DNA of 64,000 nucleotides from an uncultured Solirubrobacterales bacterium (GTDB lineage: Bacteria; Actinomycetota; Thermoleophilia; Solirubrobacterales; Solirubrobacteraceae): the NCBI GenBank assembly GCA_963811135.1, contig CAWEQG010000011.1, positions 33,110 to 97,109 of the forward strand, given 5' to 3'. The notes below the pieces were generated by a model. The model saw only the letters and a program-made list of their open reading frames with translations, had not been told where the DNA came from and did not search any database. Below, piece after piece: positions 59,688 to 64,000 of this stretch. A program made the translations under genes and the position numbers. The stretch's first letter is position 1; every line of letters starts with the position of its first letter.

Positions 59688-60563
59688 ATGCTCCTGGGAC
59701 TGAGCTTTGCACTGGTCTGTGCGCTGGGTACCAATCTGAGTGCCTTGTTCAAGGCTCGCGGTGCAGTGCTCGCCCGACCAATCCGGGCACGTCATCCGCT
59801 GCGCAGCGCGACAGATCTGTTTCGCCAGCGGTGGTTCGCCATTGGCTGGATCCTTGCGCTGTTGGCCTGGTGCCTGCACATCGAGGCGCTCGCACTCGCC
59901 CCACTCTCGACCGTGCAGGCAGTCCTGTCCGGCGGTCTGGTGTTCCTCGCCGTCCTCGCGGAGCGCTTCTTCGGCTATCACCTCGGGCGACGCCAATGGC
60001 TAGGCGTGACGCTCACCGCCGCAGGACTTGCGGTGATCGGCCTGACCGCGACCGCCGAGGGCCCGCAACGCTCCTCCCTGGCCGCGCTGATCGCCGTCGA
60101 GACCGCGATCCTTGCGCTCGGGGTCGGGCTCGTGAGGATCTCGACCCGCCGTGATATCGAGCACCGTCGCGAGGCGCTCCTGCTTGCCATCGCGGCGGGC
60201 GTGCTGTTCGGGGTCTCCGACGTCGCGATCAAGTACCTCACACACGCGCACGGACCAGTGTTCGGCCTGCTCAGCCCGTGGACGCTCACCGCGCTGATCT
60301 CGTTCGTGGTCTCCTTCTATGCGTCCGCGCGCAGCCTACAGATCGGCCTCGCGATCGAGGTGATCGCGATCACCTCGGTCGCCGCCAACCTCTCCGCGAT
60401 CGTCGGCGGCGTCCTTGTCTTCGGCGAGCCGATCGGCTCCGGCCCGGTTGGGATCATCGGTCGTCTGCTCGCGTTCGGCCTCGTGATCGCGGGCGCAGCG
60501 CTCGTGCCCGCCCCGCTGCGCGCCACCTCGAACGATCTCGCCCAGCAACCGGGCGCCAGCTAG
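59688..60563 (+). CDS. DMT-superfamily (EamA/NIPA-like) membrane protein
   Basis: 291 aa, about 9-10 hydrophobic helices in two-fold repeat style. The specific subfamily was not resolved. Confidence 0.65.
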   Translation: MLLGLSFALVCALGTNLSALFKARGAVLARPIRARHPLRSATDLFRQRWFAIGWILALLAWCLHIEALALAPLSTVQAVLSGGLVFLAVLAERFFGYHLGRRQWLGVTLTAAGLAVIGLTATAEGPQRSSLAALIAVETAILALGVGLVRISTRRDIEHRREALLLAIAAGVLFGVSDVAIKYLTHAHGPVFGLLSPWTLTALISFVVSFYASARSLQIGLAIEVIAITSVAANLSAIVGGVLVFGEPIGSGPVGIIGRLLAFGLVIAGAALVPAPLRATSNDLAQQPGAS

Positions 60564-61074
60564 GAGTCTTGGGGTCTACCGGCCTGGGCAGGCCTCATGC
60601 GTGCCAAGTGGCTTGGTTGGGCGGGTCGATGGGTGCGAAGGTCAAAGCATCGGGGCGGGATCGGCTCGCATCATCGTCGTCGGGTGCAGCGTGCTGCCGG
60701 ATTGATCAGTTGGATCCTCCACACGACCCAGTGGTGTGGCTGCCGGGAGCTGCGGCCGCGACCCGGGCGCGCTTGAGGGGTTGGTTGACGGTCGACGGCG
60801 GAGTCCGGACGGGACGAACGCTGGTTGAGAGCCCGCCTAACGATCTGGATCGTGTGGCTGTGAAGACTGCTCTTGCGCGATATCGCCGCTATGGCAACCA
60901 CGATCACGACGACTCCCGTCGCTACGGCCGCAATGGGGATGGGCAAGGCGTCGCTCCTTTCGCCTTACTCCACGTCTTCCGAACAGGAGCGTACCCCGAC
61001 GCGGTCCGCCGCGAACGGATGGAGCCCATCGACAGCTCCGTCTCGGACCCGGCGGTCGCCGTTGACCGCTACGT

Positions 61075-61950
61075 TTGTCGTTCGTGAGGCGCGCATGGCG
61101 GGTCGCGAAGCGCTCGGTGGTGTCCTTCTATGACGACCAGGGCACCCACCACGCTGCGGCGCTCACCTATTACGCGCTGATGTCGTTGTTTCCGCTGCTG
61201 CTGCTGGCGGTGTCGTTGCTTGGGCTGCTGGGCGAGTTTCCGGGGACCTACAACTCGATCATCCACTACTTGCGCAGAGTCGTTCCGGCGACCACATTGG
61301 CGCCGCTCGACGCTGCCGTGCGCGCCGCTCTGAAGGGCAAGGGCACTGCCCTTGCCGCTCTGGTGGTTGGCGTTCTGGTGGCGCTCTATGGCGCGACCGG
61401 CTACCTTGAGGCCGCGCGCCGAGCGCTCAACGTCGTCTTCGACTCACACCATGGACGCAGCTTCGTCCGCCGCAAGCTCACAGACCTCGCCTCGACAATC
61501 GTGCTCCTGACGCTGGTCCTCGCCACCGTACTGTTGATGTTCGCGGGTGTCGGCGTCGTTCGTGACCTCTTCGGTCCCGGTGCCGCAACGGTGTGGCGGA
61601 TCGGCCGGTGGCCGGCAGCTCTTGTCACCGCGCTGCTCGTCTTCTCGTTTCTGTATTTCGTGACCCCGGACGTGGAACAGCGCGCGTTCCGGTGGATCAC
61701 CCCAGGCGCCGGCGTTGGCGTGACGGTGTGGCTGCTCGCCTCCGCCGCGTTCTCAGCGTTCATCGCGCATATCTCGAGCTTCAACGTGACCTACGGCTCG
61801 TTCGCCGCGGCCATAATTCTCCTCATCTGGCTGTGGCTGACCAACGTCGCGCTTCTCTTCGGCGCCGAGGTCAACGCCGAGATCGAACGCGAAAAGAAGC
61901 TTGCGGAGGGCGTCCCCGAATCAAAAACGCTGAACTCCCCACCACACTAA
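61075..61950 (+). CDS. YihY/BrkB-family membrane protein
   Basis: ..SFYDDQGTHHAAALTYYALMSLFPLLLLAVSLLG.. and ..GSFAAAIILLIWLWLTNVALLFGAEVNAEIE.. are family hallmarks. TTG start (GTG alternative at 61084). Confidence 0.85.
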   Translation: MSFVRRAWRVAKRSVVSFYDDQGTHHAAALTYYALMSLFPLLLLAVSLLGLLGEFPGTYNSIIHYLRRVVPATTLAPLDAAVRAALKGKGTALAALVVGVLVALYGATGYLEAARRALNVVFDSHHGRSFVRRKLTDLASTIVLLTLVLATVLLMFAGVGVVRDLFGPGAATVWRIGRWPAALVTALLVFSFLYFVTPDVEQRAFRWITPGAGVGVTVWLLASAAFSAFIAHISSFNVTYGSFAAAIILLIWLWLTNVALLFGAEVNAEIEREKKLAEGVPESKTLNSPPH

Positions 61951-62019
61951 CCGATCAGCTGGCCCCGGACTCAACCGGTCCTCGCAACAGTGCCTGTGCG
62001 GGTGAATGTACTCTCGCAA

Positions 62020-62149
62020 GTGACGGACTCGGGTTGATGCCCTGTGACAGCACCGACCTCCGCGCCCGGCTCGGCGCGCCCACGCCACCACGGATCCGCA
62101 TTGAGATCGTTCCTCCCGGATCCGGCGGTTGGTTCGCCGACGCCGTCAC
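62020..62149 (-). pseudogene. 5' fragment of an RsbW-like gene (inverted duplicate of 54090-54215)
   Basis: MTASANQPPDPGGTISMRIRGGVGAPSRARRSVLSQ.. parallels MTASASQPPDSLGSMSIRIPGGNDAPTQARRWVRSQ.. and then diverges. No ATPase motifs follow. Confidence 0.6.
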
Positions 62150-62285
62150 GCGACCATCCGCCTCTCACGTGATGTGACCGATTCCGAGGTGGGCCGTCCC
62201 CGCGACGCCGCGGCATGTCGCGGCGCCGCGCCGATCGATGCCTCGAGTGAAGACCACGCCCTGCGTCAGGCGGTGCGGCTGTAGC

Positions 62286-62813
62286 TCATCCCGCGAGGCT
62301 CCGGTCGGCGACCGCGGCCCAACGCTGCGCGCGGTGGCTCCGACGCGAGCGTGGTGTTCTGAGCGGCGTGAGTATCAGCACCGCGGCCGGGGGTGCTCCG
62401 CAGCCGGCTACCCGCGCCACAACTTCGATCGGAGGATCGCCGATGGTACGCAGCTCCACCCTGGCGGCCAACCTCGATCCGCTGACGGCGCGTGCGACGA
62501 GGCCGGCGAGATCGATTTGGTCCTGGTCGGTGCGGCACACCAGGAGCTCCGCGAGGGGGACATCGACGGCTGTCGGCTCGTCGACCTTCAGCAGGCCCTC
62601 GGCGTGGTGGGAGACGGCTTGGAGGCGCAAACTCGCATCGACGATCACGAACGGCTCGAAGAAGCGCGGTGCTAAGCCGAGCGGGGCGCGTAGAACCGTC
62701 CCCATCTCGCAGCGCCTACACACGCGGTGGGCAAGGGACCGCCAGCGGCCCATCGGCGGATACCCGCAGTAGCTACAGAACGCCTGGCTCAAATCGGCGC
62801 GCGATGCGTACAT
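62286..62813 (-). CDS. Hypothetical protein with an N-terminal CxxC...CxxC zinc ribbon
   Basis: ..FCSYCGYPPMGRWRSLAHRVCRRCEMGT.. followed by a PAS-like-looking approximately 100-aa region. Family not recognised. Confidence 0.45.
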   Translation of the reverse strand: MYASRADLSQAFCSYCGYPPMGRWRSLAHRVCRRCEMGTVLRAPLGLAPRFFEPFVIVDASLRLQAVSHHAEGLLKVDEPTAVDVPLAELLVCRTDQDQIDLAGLVARAVSGSRLAARVELRTIGDPPIEVVARVAGCGAPPAAVLILTPLRTPRSRRSHRAQRWAAVADRSLAG

Positions 62814-62836
62814 TCTCGCTCCTCAGGGGAGTCGCG

Positions 62837-62887
62837 TTGCCTACCGAGATTGCTTGCGGGGGGTTTGCTACCGAGATTGCTTGTGGG
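62837..62887. repeat. Tandem 23/24-bp direct repeat in a divergent intergenic region
   Basis: TTGCCTACCGAGATTGCTTGCGGG (62837-62860) and TTGCTACCGAGATTGCTTGTGGG (62865-62887), 28 bp start to start. Confidence 0.8.
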
Positions 62888-62890
62888 TAC
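62862..62890 (+). promoter_or_regulatory. Candidate SigB/SigF-type promoter (GGTTT-N18-GGGTAC) upstream of the DUF2294 gene
   Basis: GGTTTGCTACCGAGATTGCTTGTGGGTAC overlaps the second repeat unit, about 100 nt before the ATG at 62994. It resembles the GTTT-N(14-18)-GGGTA(T/C) stress-sigma architecture. Spotted by eye only. Confidence 0.3.
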
Positions 62891-62993
62891 GATCCACCAG
62901 AGGCTTGAGTGGGCGCCCCGTCAGGGCCTGGTGGCGCCAGGTATCCGCAGCATCAGTGAGCACGGCACAGGGCGAAGCATCCGAAGGCAAGGC

Positions 62994-63434
62994 ATGAGCG
63001 CTGGCGGCCCGGAGTCGGGGTTCCAGCCGCTTGTCGGCGGCCGGCTGCTGGCGGAGATCACGAATCGGATCGTCGCGCTCATGCGCGAGCACTACGGTCG
63101 CGGGCCGATCAAGGCCAAGACCTACGTTCTCGACAACCTGATCGTGTGCGTTCTCAGCGACGGGTTCACCGCGATCGAGCGCACGATGGTCGAGGGAGGC
63201 GAGCCAAACCGCGTGCTGGACATGCGCCGCGACTTTCAGCGAATGATGAAAGACCGCTATAGCGACATGATCGAGGAGCTCACCGGGCGCAAGGTGCTCG
63301 CCTTCCTCAGCCAGGCCCACATCGAGCCCGACCTCACGATCGAGATGTTCCTCATGGACGGCCCGGTCCCGGGGTTCGGCGCACTCGAGCTCGTTGACCC
63401 GCCAGCCCCCGAGCACGGCGACGAGAAGTCATAG
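62994..63434 (+). CDS. DUF2294 (MpsC-like) domain protein
   Basis: ..LVGGRLLAEITNRIVALMREHYGRGPIKAKTYVLDNLIVCVLSDGFTAIERTMVEGGEPNRVLDMRRDFQRMMKDRYSDMIEELTGRKVLAFLSQAHIEPDLTIEMFLM.. Confidence 0.8.
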   Translation: MSAGGPESGFQPLVGGRLLAEITNRIVALMREHYGRGPIKAKTYVLDNLIVCVLSDGFTAIERTMVEGGEPNRVLDMRRDFQRMMKDRYSDMIEELTGRKVLAFLSQAHIEPDLTIEMFLMDGPVPGFGALELVDPPAPEHGDEKS

Positions 63435-63566
63435 CGCCAGCGTGGTCTTCTTCTTCCCGCTTGATGCCATGCGTGTCGTACTGCTCTTGTGGATCTGAAG
63501 CGCGTCGGCTGCGAGCGAGCGAGCGAGGATCCACTGAACCCTCGCCCGCAGGTAACAGTTGGTGCC

Positions 63567-63765
63567 TTACAGCGTCTGGACGTTTGAGGCCGCCGGGCCC
63601 TTCGGGCCCCGCTCGGCGTCGTAGCTCACCTTCGCGCCTCGGCCAACGACCGGAGGCCGTTGCCCTGAATCGCGGTCTGGTGCACAAACAGATCCTGGCC
63701 GGAATCGGGCGGATGAACCCGAAGCCCTTATCGTCACTGAACCACTTCACGGTTCCTGTTGCCAT
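63567..63765 (-). pseudogene. Cold-shock protein (CspA family) gene interrupted by two single-base deletions
   Basis: ATG at 63765 follows GGAGGGAA. MATGTVKWFSDDKGFGFIRP is in frame 1, SGQDLFVHQTAIQGNGLRSLAEG in frame 3 and AKVSYDAERGPKGPAASNVQTL* in frame 2. One G appears to be missing at CCG(G)ATTCC and one at GAG(G)GCGCG. Confidence 0.75.
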
Positions 63766-63924
63766 CTTGTTCCCTCCGGAGGTATGTGCACTGCGAACGC
63801 GGAGGGTGCTGGATGCAACGAGATGAGCCGACACGACCAGCGGACGCCCGCCGCCAGCCGGATCGCCCGACGATTGGACATCGTCGGCGAGGCCTGATTT
63901 CGCGCGAAGAGTACGGTGTAAAGA

Positions 63925-64000
63925 ATGAACGACGACGCGATCCTCACGCTCGTAACACGGTTGGCCCGTCCCCACTCCTCCGGCGGTGCGGTCATCGAAC
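63925..64000 (+). CDS. Possible start of an ORF running off the window end (MNDDAILTLVTRLARPHSSGGAVIE..)
   Basis: ATG at 63925, open to the window end. Weak RBS; too short to judge. Confidence 0.2.
   Translation, partial: MNDDAILTLVTRLARPHSSGGAVIE

Overview
High-GC (about 70%) chromosomal window, Actinomycetota-like by gene content; lineage is not determinable by eye. No rRNA, tRNA or CRISPR array was seen.

Intact backbone:
- A stress and chaperone neighbourhood: three hsp20 genes, a contiguous dnaK-grpE-dnaJ-hspR-clpB cluster, and groES-groEL behind a perfect CIRCE operator.
- zwf-opcA, ppa, an HPF/Rv0079-like hibernation factor and YceI.
- An orphan DevS/DosS-type heme-GAF sensor kinase, a 5xPAS-GAF kinase and a NarL-type response regulator.
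- A sigma-70-family factor plus partner-switching parts (a STAS protein and an RsbW-like kinase).
- Three DUF2294/MpsC paralogs, an SPFH protein and several transporters.

Main observation: the window is a patchwork of old segmental duplications in which the two copies have lost complementary genes. At least four direct and one inverted duplication are involved, leaving about 18 gene relics:
- Relics from the duplications: cNMP-TrxR, zf-UBP, PCD, DUF62, membrane-protein, zwf, clpB-tail, RsbW-like and PRC relics.
- Other relics: PfpI, TreT-like GT, adk, kup, csp, erythromycin-esterase, Zn-ADH/CMD and IS3.

Most interesting candidates:
- Reciprocal decay of the hsp20/PCD/zf-UBP/cNMP-TrxR duplicate.
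- A translationally coupled hsp20-PCD-UBP-zinc-finger operon.
- A 531-bp segment bounded by 41-bp inverted repeats that include the STAS gene's RBS and start codon (possible invertible switch).
- An uncharacterised 114-aa ORF kept intact in both copies of a decaying duplication.
- An MFS transporter with a roughly 400-aa Ala/Glu/Arg coiled-coil tail.

All calls come from reading the translations and hand-aligning the sequence. No database search was run.
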